Shown here piece by piece: positions 17,757 through 26,638 of a stretch of 33,087 nucleotides of DNA (its first letter is position 1; each line of letters opens with the position of its first letter). Source of the stretch: Bacteroidota bacterium. GTDB taxonomy: Bacteria > Bacteroidota > Bacteroidia > Bacteroidales > VadinHA17. The notes beneath the pieces were generated by a model. The model was not told where the DNA came from and made no database searches. It worked only from the letters and a program-made list of their open reading frames with translations. A program made the translations under genes and the position numbers. The stretch is from positions 1 to 33,087 of the forward strand of contig JAKAXP010000003.1 of the NCBI GenBank assembly GCA_021816545.1, written 5' to 3'.

Positions 17757-18824
17757 CTAGTTTGAGAAATAATTATCCTTGAATGACCTGTGGTAATCAT
17801 ATGCATTCAGTCTGAGCCTGCGGTTTGCGGCCTCGGCGCTCAACGGTCCGCTTGTATATATCGTTCCGGCAAGCGGGGCTGTAGTGTATCCCAGCCCCAC
17901 CATTATATTATTCCCGGTTGCAGGATCAAACCAGGTATAAAGCAGCAGTGCCTTTTTCTTCCTCAGCGCCTCCTGGAGCCGACCGTCATTTTCACTGTAC
18001 CCGGAGAGGTATATTTTTTCAGCAGTCGTCGGTGCGCCATAGATCGCAGTCACGTCGTTCAGCATCCTGTTGAACTCCGGGTAGGGAACCTGGTCCTTAC
18101 TCAGCTTAAGCTTTTCATTGCTGGTGTACGTTGAAACATAACCGACAATGATCTGGAAAAGTCTCTGGTCAATAAACCTGCACTCCACCAGGTATACGGA
18201 AGATCCCACCGGGATTGCATAGACATAGTACCCGTTGTTCCTCTGGGCCTGGGCAGCCTTCGGTGACATTATACGGTCCACATCACCTGTATTCATGCCG
18301 AAAACAAGGCCGAATGCGCCGCTCATGTCAGCGGGAAGCCTGCCCCCCACCTGGCCGATGTCAATCGTCGGCTTCGGGGCTGCAGCGACTGCAGGCCCGG
18401 CCGGGGTGTTTCCTGCCGCCTGGCCCGACTGTGAATTCGCCACCGGCGGTCCGGCCTGGGAACCGGGAGAAGTCTGCCCGTATACAACACTCTGTCCTGA
18501 AGTGACGGTCTGCGCCGTTGCGTTCTGCTGAGAAACCGGCTGAACAGTCTGGGGCTGCGGAGCTTCAATGAGTACTGATGTGACCTCATTGGTTTTTACG
18601 GTTACAATCTGGCTGTAAACCCTTGCGCCATCACCATTGATGGCTTTGACCCAATGAGTTCCGGGTGCGAGTTTTATCTCGCCATACTGTGGATAATGTG
18701 TCTCATCAACATAAACAACAAGAGGATTTTCAGAGAAAACCTTTAGTACACCTGTGGGCGATTGCCCGGATACGGTGTTTATTGCAAGCGGAAGAAAAAG
18801 AAAAAATAAAGTCAGGTGTTTCAT
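17757..18824 (-). CDS. Exported protein with one PEGA-like domain, a Q/P/A/G linker and an unknown C-terminal domain
   Basis: From ATG 18824 (MKHLTLFFLFLPLAINTVSG-Q); TGVLKVFSENPLVVYVDETHYP closely matches the neighbour's first domain. ATG 18857 is an alternative start. Confidence 0.65.
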   Translation of the reverse strand: MKHLTLFFLFLPLAINTVSGQSPTGVLKVFSENPLVVYVDETHYPQYGEIKLAPGTHWVKAINGDGARVYSQIVTVKTNEVTSVLIEAPQPQTVQPVSQQNATAQTVTSGQSVVYGQTSPGSQAGPPVANSQSGQAAGNTPAGPAVAAAPKPTIDIGQVGGRLPADMSGAFGLVFGMNTGDVDRIMSPKAAQAQRNNGYYVYAIPVGSSVYLVECRFIDQRLFQIIVGYVSTYTSNEKLKLSKDQVPYPEFNRMLNDVTAIYGAPTTAEKIYLSGYSENDGRLQEALRKKKALLLYTWFDPATGNNIMVGLGYTTAPLAGTIYTSGPLSAEAANRRLRLNAYDYHRSFKDNYFSN

Positions 18825-18896
18825 GGCATACCGGATGTCGTTTCTAATAAATGTCATGTTTTTGGCAATTGGGCTCCCCGAAGCAAACCAATAAGT

Positions 18897-18923
18897 AAAC
18901 GTAACGAAATGCCCGATGTTACA
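18897..18923 (-). promoter_or_regulatory. Possible ECF-sigma promoter TGTAAC-N16-CGTTT
   Basis: AAC-N16-CGT geometry upstream of the PEGA-like gene pair. Confidence 0.4.
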
Positions 18924-19156
18924 TATAATTTGACCGGTGTGTATTTTTTAACAATTAGTCTCAAAGTTCTGAACACCAACCACCGATAATGGTTTCCAGT
19001 TGCAACCGGACGGATGACACGGTACATTCCGCGGTCCTGAATCCATAGCTCATTCATCCTTAGCTCCGGTCATCTGGAAGTGAACCTTTTGCTTCTTCCT
19101 CTCCAGTGAGGGCTGCACAGCAATTTTGTTGTATTTTTACAGCCCAAACGGCAACG

Positions 19157-22100
19157 ATGAAGGATGAAATAAAAAAGGTGCTTCTGCTCGGCTCGGGAGC
19201 ACTTAAAATCGGTGAAGCAGGCGAATTTGACTACTCCGGATCACAGGCGCTGAAAGCCCTTAGGGAGGAGGGTATCTTCACCGTGCTGATCAATCCGAAT
19301 ATTGCCACAGTGCAGACATCGGACAAAATTGCCGACAAGATCTACTTTCTTCCTGTTACACCGAAGTTTGTGGAGCGGGTCATTGAACGCGAAAAGCCTG
19401 ATGGCATCCTGCTTTCATTCGGGGGGCAGACGGCGCTCAACTGCGGTACCGCACTTTTCCGCAGCGGAGTGTTTGAGAAGCACGGCGTGAAGGTGCTGGG
19501 CACACCGGTGGAGGCAATCATGAATACCGAAGACCGGGAGTTGTTTGTCAAAAAGCTTGATGAAATCGGGGTCAGGACACCCCGCAGCATAGCCGTCACA
19601 ACGGTGGAAGACGCCCTGACTGCAGCAGAGCGCCTTGGATTCCCGATCATAATCCGTGCTGCATACACCCTCGGCGGACAGGGTAGCGGCTTCTGCTCAA
19701 ACTACGATGAGCTTCGGACTATGGCCGCCCGGGCCTTCTCCTATTCTGACCAGATCCTGGTGGAGGAATCACTTAAGGGATGGAAGGAAGTTGAGTACGA
19801 GGTGGTCCGCGACCGCTTCGACAACTGTATAACCGTCTGCAACATGGAGAACTTCGATCCGCTCGGGATACATACCGGGGAGAGTATAGTTGTGGCTCCT
19901 TCACAGACCCTGACCAACAGCGAGTACCATAAACTCCGGGAACTGTCAATAAAGATAATTCGCCACGTGGGCATAATCGGCGAATGCAACGTCCAGTATG
20001 CCCTCGACCCCAACTCGGAAGACTACCGTGTTATCGAGGTTAATGCCCGTCTTTCGCGCTCCAGCGCCCTGGCTTCAAAGGCAACAGGTTATCCGCTGGC
20101 GTTCGTGGCTGCAAAGCTGGCACTTGGATATGGCCTTCACCAGCTGAAAAATTCAGTTACAAAATCAACAACCGCATGCTTTGAGCCTGCACTCGACTAT
20201 ATAGTTTGCAAAATCCCCCGGTGGGACCTCAACAAATTCCAGGGGGTTGCCCACGAGATAGGCAGCAGCATGAAGAGCGTGGGAGAGATAATGGCCATCG
20301 GGCGAACGTTTGAGGAAGCCATACAGAAGGGACTGAGGATGATAGGGCTCGGGATGCACGGTTTCGTCTCAAACCGGAATTTAAGCTTCTCAGATATTGA
20401 AAGGGAGCTCTCGCAGCCGACTGACATGCGCATCTTCTCCATCGCCGAAGCCCTGGAGAAGGGGTTTGATGTTGACCGTATCTGGGAGCTTACCCGGATA
20501 GACCGGTGGTTCCTTTACAAACTGCAGAATATCAGCAACATCAAGAAACAGCTTGAAAACTGCAACTCGCTCGAGACCCTGTCTGACAGGGAGCTGCTTC
20601 ATGCGAAGATCAACGGATTCAGTGATTTCCAGATTGCCAGGCATGTGCTGAAGCCTGAAAACCGTGCAATAAATGAATCTATGCTAAGTGTACGGCGCCA
20701 CCGGAAAAGCCGCGGCATTGTGCCTTATGTGAAGCAGATAGACACTCTTGCAGCGGAGTATCCGGCCGTGACAAACTACCTGTATCTCACCTACAGCGGG
20801 ATGGAGCATGACATCTGGTATGAAAATGATAAACGGTCGGTGATAGTGCTTGGCTCCGGTGCATACAGGATAGGTTCAAGCGTTGAGTTTGACTGGTGCT
20901 CGGTAAATGCGATAAATACAATCAGGAAAGAGGGTCTGCGCGGCGTGATGATCAACTACAATCCTGAAACCGTCAGTACCGATTATGACATGTGCGACAG
21001 GCTTTACTTTGACGAGCTGTCGTTTGAGAGGGTGATGGATGTGATTGACCTTGAGACGCCAAGGGGAGTCATTCTTGCAATGGGCGGCCAGATACCCAAT
21101 AACCTGGCTATGAGGCTGCACAGGCAGGGAGTGCCGATACTCGGGACACCGCCGGAGTCGATTGACCGCGCCGAAGACCGGCATAAGTTCTCATCAATGT
21201 GTGATGCGCTGGATATTGACCAGCCCCGCTGGAGGGAACTCCGCAGCCTTGAAGAGATTAACCGGTTTATTGATGATATAGGGTTCCCGGTGCTTATACG
21301 CCCCTCATACGTGCTTTCAGGTGCCGCGATGAACGTGGTGTCAAACAGCACGGAATTGGTCCATTTCCTCGAGCTGGCTGCCAGCGTTTCAAAGGAACAC
21401 CCGGTGGTGGTGTCAGAATTTATTGAATATGCCAAGGAAATAGAGATTGATGCTGTGGCTTCCGGTGGTGAGATCGTCGCTTATGCAATCAGCGAGCATG
21501 TGGAGTATGCCGGGGTACATTCAGGTGATGCAACAATCGTATTTCCTCCCCAGAAAATATATTTTGAAACTGTCCGGCGTATTAAGAGGATCTCGCGCGA
21601 GATTGCCCGTGAGCTTAATATCTCAGGGCCGTTCAATATCCAATTCCTGGCACGCGAGAATGACATCAAGGTCATTGAATGCAACCTGCGGGCAAGCCGC
21701 AGTATGCCTTTTGTTTCCAAGGTACTTAAGACGAATCTTATAGAACTCGCAACCCGCATCATGCTCGGTGTGGAATGGGAGAAGCCGCACAAGTCAGTCT
21801 TTGACCTTGACTATGTTGGCGTCAAGGCATCACAGTTCAGCTTCTCGCGACTGGCAAAGGCTGACCCCGTGCTTGGGGTTGACATGGCTTCCACGGGAGA
21901 GGTCGGGTGCATAGGCGACAGCTTCCATGAGGCGCTGCTGAAGGCTATGTATTCTGTCGGATACCGTATGCCGGTAAAGGCAGTGCTGATATCCTCCGGG
22001 CCTGCAAAGTCGAAGGCCGATCTGCTGGAAGCCGTCAGGCTGCTCGACAGGCGCGGCTATACAATATTTGCCACCCGCGGCACTCAGCAGTTTCTCTCAA

Positions 22101-22375
22101 ATGCAGGGGTGGCAGCAAAGGTGGCTCACTGGCCTGACGAGGAGGCCTCGCCGAATACTGTTGAGCTGATACGTCAGCGGGTTGTTGACCTGGTCATCAA
22201 CATACCCAAGGACCTGTCGGCCACGGAGCTGAGCAACGACTACCAGATCCGCCGCAGCGCAGTTGATTACAACATACCGCTTATTACAAATGCGAGGCTG
22301 GCATCGGCATTCATAAATGCCTTCTGCAGCGTGCCGGAGAGCGAGATGGAGATAAAGGCGTGGGACGAGTATTGA
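19157..22375 (+). CDS. carB: Carbamoyl-phosphate synthase large subunit
   Basis: From ATG 19157: LGSGALKIGEAGEFDYSG, duplicated ATP-grasp halves (MENFDPLGIHTGES, IEVNARLSRSS; GVHSGDA, IECNLRASRS), C-terminal MGS domain. Confidence 0.98.
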   Translation: MKDEIKKVLLLGSGALKIGEAGEFDYSGSQALKALREEGIFTVLINPNIATVQTSDKIADKIYFLPVTPKFVERVIEREKPDGILLSFGGQTALNCGTALFRSGVFEKHGVKVLGTPVEAIMNTEDRELFVKKLDEIGVRTPRSIAVTTVEDALTAAERLGFPIIIRAAYTLGGQGSGFCSNYDELRTMAARAFSYSDQILVEESLKGWKEVEYEVVRDRFDNCITVCNMENFDPLGIHTGESIVVAPSQTLTNSEYHKLRELSIKIIRHVGIIGECNVQYALDPNSEDYRVIEVNARLSRSSALASKATGYPLAFVAAKLALGYGLHQLKNSVTKSTTACFEPALDYIVCKIPRWDLNKFQGVAHEIGSSMKSVGEIMAIGRTFEEAIQKGLRMIGLGMHGFVSNRNLSFSDIERELSQPTDMRIFSIAEALEKGFDVDRIWELTRIDRWFLYKLQNISNIKKQLENCNSLETLSDRELLHAKINGFSDFQIARHVLKPENRAINESMLSVRRHRKSRGIVPYVKQIDTLAAEYPAVTNYLYLTYSGMEHDIWYENDKRSVIVLGSGAYRIGSSVEFDWCSVNAINTIRKEGLRGVMINYNPETVSTDYDMCDRLYFDELSFERVMDVIDLETPRGVILAMGGQIPNNLAMRLHRQGVPILGTPPESIDRAEDRHKFSSMCDALDIDQPRWRELRSLEEINRFIDDIGFPVLIRPSYVLSGAAMNVVSNSTELVHFLELAASVSKEHPVVVSEFIEYAKEIEIDAVASGGEIVAYAISEHVEYAGVHSGDATIVFPPQKIYFETVRRIKRISREIARELNISGPFNIQFLARENDIKVIECNLRASRSMPFVSKVLKTNLIELATRIMLGVEWEKPHKSVFDLDYVGVKASQFSFSRLAKADPVLGVDMASTGEVGCIGDSFHEALLKAMYSVGYRMPVKAVLISSGPAKSKADLLEAVRLLDRRGYTIFATRGTQQFLSNAGVAAKVAHWPDEEASPNTVELIRQRVVDLVINIPKDLSATELSNDYQIRRSAVDYNIPLITNARLASAFINAFCSVPESEMEIKAWDEY

Positions 22376-22380
22376 TTTCA

Positions 22381-22436
22381 AGGCAAGAGGCAAGAGGCAA
22401 GAGGCAGTAGTGAAGTTGGCAATACCGGTCGGCAGG
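22381..22436 (+). repeat. Heptamer tandem repeat (AGGCAAG x3, AGGCAGT, then degenerate TGGCAAT and CGGCAGG)
   Basis: Read directly; begins 5 nt after the carB stop codon. Confidence 0.85.
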
Positions 22437-22511
22437 TATGGGTGTAGAAACATTGAACCGCGCTGGAGACATGTCATTGTATAATAACATATATCAATAC
22501 AATTCAGGATC

Positions 22512-22958
22512 ATGATAACAATCCGCAAGGCAACCCCGGACGACGCACCTTCAATCATATCATTCCAGCAGGCAATGGCCATGGAGACAGAGGGAATGGA
22601 GCTGAAAACTGATATCATAACAAAGGGGGTGATGGCAGTATTTCATGACGAAACAAAGGGACAGTATTATGTAGCCGAGGATCAGGGCGCTGTTGTTGCA
22701 TCGCTGATGATCACATATGAGTGGAGCGACTGGCGCAATGCCAGTGTCTGGTGGTTCCAGTCAGTCTACGTGATACCTGAATACCGCCGCAAAGGTATTT
22801 TCAGGCTGATGTATGATCATATCAAAAAGGAAGGTATGGAGTGCGGAATAGCCGGACTGCGGCTGTATGTGGAGTCGGAGAATATCCGTGCCCAGAAGAC
22901 CTATGAAGCTATGGGCATGAACGGCAATCACTACCGCACCTTCGAGTGGATGGTCTAA
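22512..22958 (+). CDS. GNAT-family N-acetyltransferase
   Basis: TIRKATPDDA start, VYVIPEYRRKGIFR acetyl-CoA motif A, LYVESENIRAQKTYEAMGM motif B. Confidence 0.88.
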   Translation: MITIRKATPDDAPSIISFQQAMAMETEGMELKTDIITKGVMAVFHDETKGQYYVAEDQGAVVASLMITYEWSDWRNASVWWFQSVYVIPEYRRKGIFRLMYDHIKKEGMECGIAGLRLYVESENIRAQKTYEAMGMNGNHYRTFEWMV

Positions 22959-22970
22959 CCGCAAACCATT

Positions 22971-24080
22971 ATGTGGTGGTTGATCTTACCGGTACTGATT
23001 TACTCAGCAGGACTCCTGGTCCTATGGCTGATTCTAGTTCACCGGAACAGGATTTCGGTTCCCCGGGGCAAGAGGTTTCCTAAGGTAAGCGTGATTGTGG
23101 CAGTACGTAACGGGGAAAAGCGTATCCGGTATCTGCTGGAGAGCCTGGCAAGGCAGGATTACCCGTCAGATCTTCTGGAAATAATAATTGTAAATGATAA
23201 TTCAACCGACCGCACACCGATTGTGGTCAGTGAATTCATTACAGCCCTAACTGATCGGCCGGATCTGTGTATCAAATTCATTTACAACCCTTTCTCAGGC
23301 AAGAAAAGGGCGGTGAGATACGGCATTGAAAAAGCATCGGGTGAGGTTATCATCACCACTGATGCCGACTGTATTGTGGGTCCTGAATGGGTTCGATCTC
23401 ATGCATCGTGGTATGCCGGTGACGGTCCGGAGATGGTTCTTGCGCCGGTGGTTCAAAAGGCGGCCCGTGGATTCTGGTCTCATTTTGGTGTTTTTGAGTT
23501 CTCTGCGTTGCAGGCGATAACGGAAGCAACAGCTGTGGCAGGTCATCCGGTTATGTGCAATGCTGCAAATATGTCGTTCCGCAGGGATGTTTACCTCAGG
23601 CATGCTGATGATCTGCGTCCTGACCTGCCGTCAGGCGATGACATGTTCCTGCTTGCTGCCGTCATGGGTGACGGCGGGGCCGTCAGGCATGACGGCAGCG
23701 GGTCGGCGGCGGCGGAGACCGCTGCCGCGGTCACGGCTGCGGCGCTGCTCCGTCAGCGCGCACGGTGGGCATCAAAGGCCTTTCAGCTCCGGAGCGTCCC
23801 AACCCTCACCCTCGCCGCAGCCACGGCGGCGTGCAACGCCGCCGTCGCCGCAGCCGCAGTGGCCAGCTTCATATCACTGAAATTCATTCCGCTGGCAGCC
23901 GCCATGTATGCAATCAAAACCGTGCCGGATTACCTTATGATATCCACGGAAATGAGGAAGAGAGGGACAAAAATTCACGCAGGAATGTTCCTGCTGTCTG
24001 AGATTGTTTACCCCTTCTATTTTGTGTTGGTGGGTGTTATGAGCCGTTTACCTGGTGCCGGCCGTTTCCGCGAGCGGTAA
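22971..24080 (+). CDS. Membrane-associated glycosyltransferase, family 2
   Basis: VSVIVAVRN, VNDNSTD, GKKRA, TTDADC, GDDMF, QRARW (QxxRW); hydrophobic N- and C-terminal helices. Confidence 0.88.
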   Translation: MWWLILPVLIYSAGLLVLWLILVHRNRISVPRGKRFPKVSVIVAVRNGEKRIRYLLESLARQDYPSDLLEIIIVNDNSTDRTPIVVSEFITALTDRPDLCIKFIYNPFSGKKRAVRYGIEKASGEVIITTDADCIVGPEWVRSHASWYAGDGPEMVLAPVVQKAARGFWSHFGVFEFSALQAITEATAVAGHPVMCNAANMSFRRDVYLRHADDLRPDLPSGDDMFLLAAVMGDGGAVRHDGSGSAAAETAAAVTAAALLRQRARWASKAFQLRSVPTLTLAAATAACNAAVAAAAVASFISLKFIPLAAAMYAIKTVPDYLMISTEMRKRGTKIHAGMFLLSEIVYPFYFVLVGVMSRLPGAGRFRER

Positions 24081-24121
24081 AGAGTAAATCCCGGAACCGG
24101 ATTTCGCCTTCGCCGGAGTAT

Positions 24122-24236
24122 CAAACTGCCAACTGCTGACTGACTTCCCGATCCGCCAGCTGGCGGATACGGGATTGGTCCTCATCCTCTGTCTGAGTCC
24201 CAAACTGCCGACTGCTGACTGGTACTGCCGACTGAC
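24122..24236. repeat. 21-bp direct repeat of heptamer units flanking an 18-bp perfect palindrome
   Basis: CAAACTGCCAACTGCTGACTG (24122-24142) vs CAAACTGCCGACTGCTGACTG (24201-24221), 20/21 identical; ATCCGCCAGCTGGCGGAT at 24151-24168. Confidence 0.85.
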
Positions 24237-26414
24237 TTAGTTTCCTTCCGCCAGCACCTTGATGCGCACAAGACGGATCTCCTCCTCCTCAAACTCGCCG
24301 GCAAGCTCATTGATGGCCTCCTCAAGAGAACCGCTTTCGGCTTCCTCCATGAAGTAGGAGTATATGTCCTGCTGACGGTCCTCATCAATGACCGTATCTA
24401 TATAATAATCAATGCTCAGCTTCGTCCCGCTGCTTACAATGGCCTCTATTTCCGAAAGCAGCTCGTCATACTCAATGCCTTTTGCATCGGCAATATCCTC
24501 AAACGGCATCTTCCGGTCAATGCTCTGGATGATGTAAACCTTGAGGCCCGACTTGTTGACCACTGACTTGACAACCATGTCCTGCGGCCTGATGATCTCC
24601 TTGTCGGCCACGTAGTTCTTGATCACCTCAACAACTTCCCTGCCGTACCGCTGTGCCTTGCCGGCCCCTATACCGGTTATGTTCTGGAGCTCCTCAAGCG
24701 TAACAGGATACTGTATTGCCATCTCTTCCAGCGACGGATCCTGGAATATATTATAAGGAGGCTGTCCTGCCTGCTTTGAAATCTTCTTCCGAAGATCCTT
24801 CAGTATGCTCAGCAGTTCCTCATCAGCAGCAGCCGTGCGAGCACCGAACGAGGCTTCTTCATCTTCGGTCTCCGTATAGTCATGATCCTCGTTGAGCATG
24901 AAGCTCTTCGGGTTCTCCAGGAATTCATGGCCCTTCGGCGTCAGCCCCAGCAGCCCGTAGTTTTCTATGTCCTTTGTAAGCAGCTTATTGATGAGTGCCT
25001 GCCTGATAACCATGTTCCAGAACCGCTCATCCTTCTCCTCATCGATACCGAATGTCTCAAGCTTGTGGTGCTTGTATGACTTGATGGCAGAGTTCATCGT
25101 TCCTGCCAGTATCTTGGCAATATGATCGGCCTTGTGCTTCTCCTTCACTGCAAGCACGGTCTCAAGCATGTTCACAACGTAATCCTGCCCCTCGAACTGC
25201 GTCTTCGGATGCAGGCAGTTATCGCATGCCTCACAGTTCTCCTGCTTATACTCCTCGCCAAAGTAATGGAGCAGGATCCTGCGGCGGCAGGTTGACGACT
25301 CGGCATATGAAACCGTCTCAAGCAGCAGTTGCTTTCCGATCTCCTGTTCGGCTATCGGCTTACCCTGCATGAATTTCTCAAGCTTGACGATGTCATCATA
25401 GCTGTAGTATGCGATGCATCTCCCCTCTCCCCCGTCGCGTCCTGCGCGGCCGGTCTCCTGGTAATATCCCTCCAGGCTCTTTGGCATGTCGAAGTGTATC
25501 ACATACCTGACGTCAGGCTTGTCTATCCCCATGCCAAAGGCAATGGTGGCAACAATTACGTCCACTTCCTCCATCAGGAACTTGTCCTGGTTGGATGTAC
25601 GTGTCGGTGAGTCCATGCCTGCATGATATGCCAGCGCCTTTATGTCATTTACTTTCAGCGTCTCGGCCAGTTCTTCCACTTTCTTGCGGCTGAGGCAGTA
25701 AATGATGCCTGATTTGCCCGGGTTGTTCTTTATGTACTTGATGATCTCGCGCGTGGCATCCTGTTTGGCCTTCACCTCATAGTAAAGGTTGGGCCGGTTG
25801 AATGACGACTTGAATACCATTGAGTCACTGATGCCAAGGTTCTTGAGAATGTCATGCTGGACCTTGGGTGTGGCAGTGGCTGTCAGTGCTATAATGGGTG
25901 CCCTTGTGATAGTATCTATTATAGGTCTTATCCGGCGGTACTCCGGCCTGAAATCGTGTCCCCATTCCGATATGCAATGAGCCTCATCCACAGCATAGAA
26001 AGAAACTTTAACGCTCCTGAGAAACTCGATATTCTCATCTTTTGTAAGTGACTCAGGTGCCACGTAGAGAAGTTTTGTCCTGCCATCGGTAACATCCTGC
26101 CTGACTCTTGCAATAGCAGTCTTGGTGAGGGATGAATTCAGGAAATGAGCCACGTCATCGGTGGTGTTGAAGTTCCGCATGGCATCAACCTGGTTTTTCA
26201 TCAAAGCAATCAGCGGTGAAATGACCACCGCAGTGCCCTCCAGCATAACTGCCGGCAACTGGTAACAGAGCGACTTGCCCCCGCCGGTCGGCATCAGGAC
26301 AAATGTGTCATTCCCTTCAAGAACGCTCTTGATTATGGGCTCCTGGTTTCCCTTGAACGTGTCGAACCCGAAATATTTCTTCAGATAGTCATGTATAGAA
26401 TTATCAGTATACAT
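24237..26414 (-). CDS. recQ: ATP-dependent DNA helicase RecQ
   Basis: MPTGGGKSLCYQLP, DEAHCISEWGHDFRP, ATAT, FGMGIDKPDVR, YYQETGRAGRDG, Zn-binding CRR...CEACDNC, RQC and HRDC domains. Confidence 0.97.
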   Translation of the reverse strand: MYTDNSIHDYLKKYFGFDTFKGNQEPIIKSVLEGNDTFVLMPTGGGKSLCYQLPAVMLEGTAVVISPLIALMKNQVDAMRNFNTTDDVAHFLNSSLTKTAIARVRQDVTDGRTKLLYVAPESLTKDENIEFLRSVKVSFYAVDEAHCISEWGHDFRPEYRRIRPIIDTITRAPIIALTATATPKVQHDILKNLGISDSMVFKSSFNRPNLYYEVKAKQDATREIIKYIKNNPGKSGIIYCLSRKKVEELAETLKVNDIKALAYHAGMDSPTRTSNQDKFLMEEVDVIVATIAFGMGIDKPDVRYVIHFDMPKSLEGYYQETGRAGRDGGEGRCIAYYSYDDIVKLEKFMQGKPIAEQEIGKQLLLETVSYAESSTCRRRILLHYFGEEYKQENCEACDNCLHPKTQFEGQDYVVNMLETVLAVKEKHKADHIAKILAGTMNSAIKSYKHHKLETFGIDEEKDERFWNMVIRQALINKLLTKDIENYGLLGLTPKGHEFLENPKSFMLNEDHDYTETEDEEASFGARTAAADEELLSILKDLRKKISKQAGQPPYNIFQDPSLEEMAIQYPVTLEELQNITGIGAGKAQRYGREVVEVIKNYVADKEIIRPQDMVVKSVVNKSGLKVYIIQSIDRKMPFEDIADAKGIEYDELLSEIEAIVSSGTKLSIDYYIDTVIDEDRQQDIYSYFMEEAESGSLEEAINELAGEFEEEEIRLVRIKVLAEGN

Positions 26415-26638
26415 GTGATATTTCCTCTCCCCTTCAGTTAAACGGATTAAATTTATAATAACAAGTTACGCAAACTTTATCCAACATATTACCCTTAACT
26501 CAAATTTAACTAAAATAAGAATACATATCAAATCTTTTTATCACCCCCCGGGATTAAATGTAAGGGCAGCCGGTGAACGGGTATTGTTTTGAAACCTAAG
26601 TTTTGCATATCTTTACACGCTTCAATTTAACGCCAGTT

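Noticed and set aside
18854-19057. 67-aa ORF upstream of the PEGA-like genes
   Set aside because: No recognisable motif, and it covers the likely promoter region; probably non-coding.
22381-24236. Short repeats as a possible CRISPR array
   Set aside because: Units are 7 or 21 bp, with no regular unique spacers and no cas genes.
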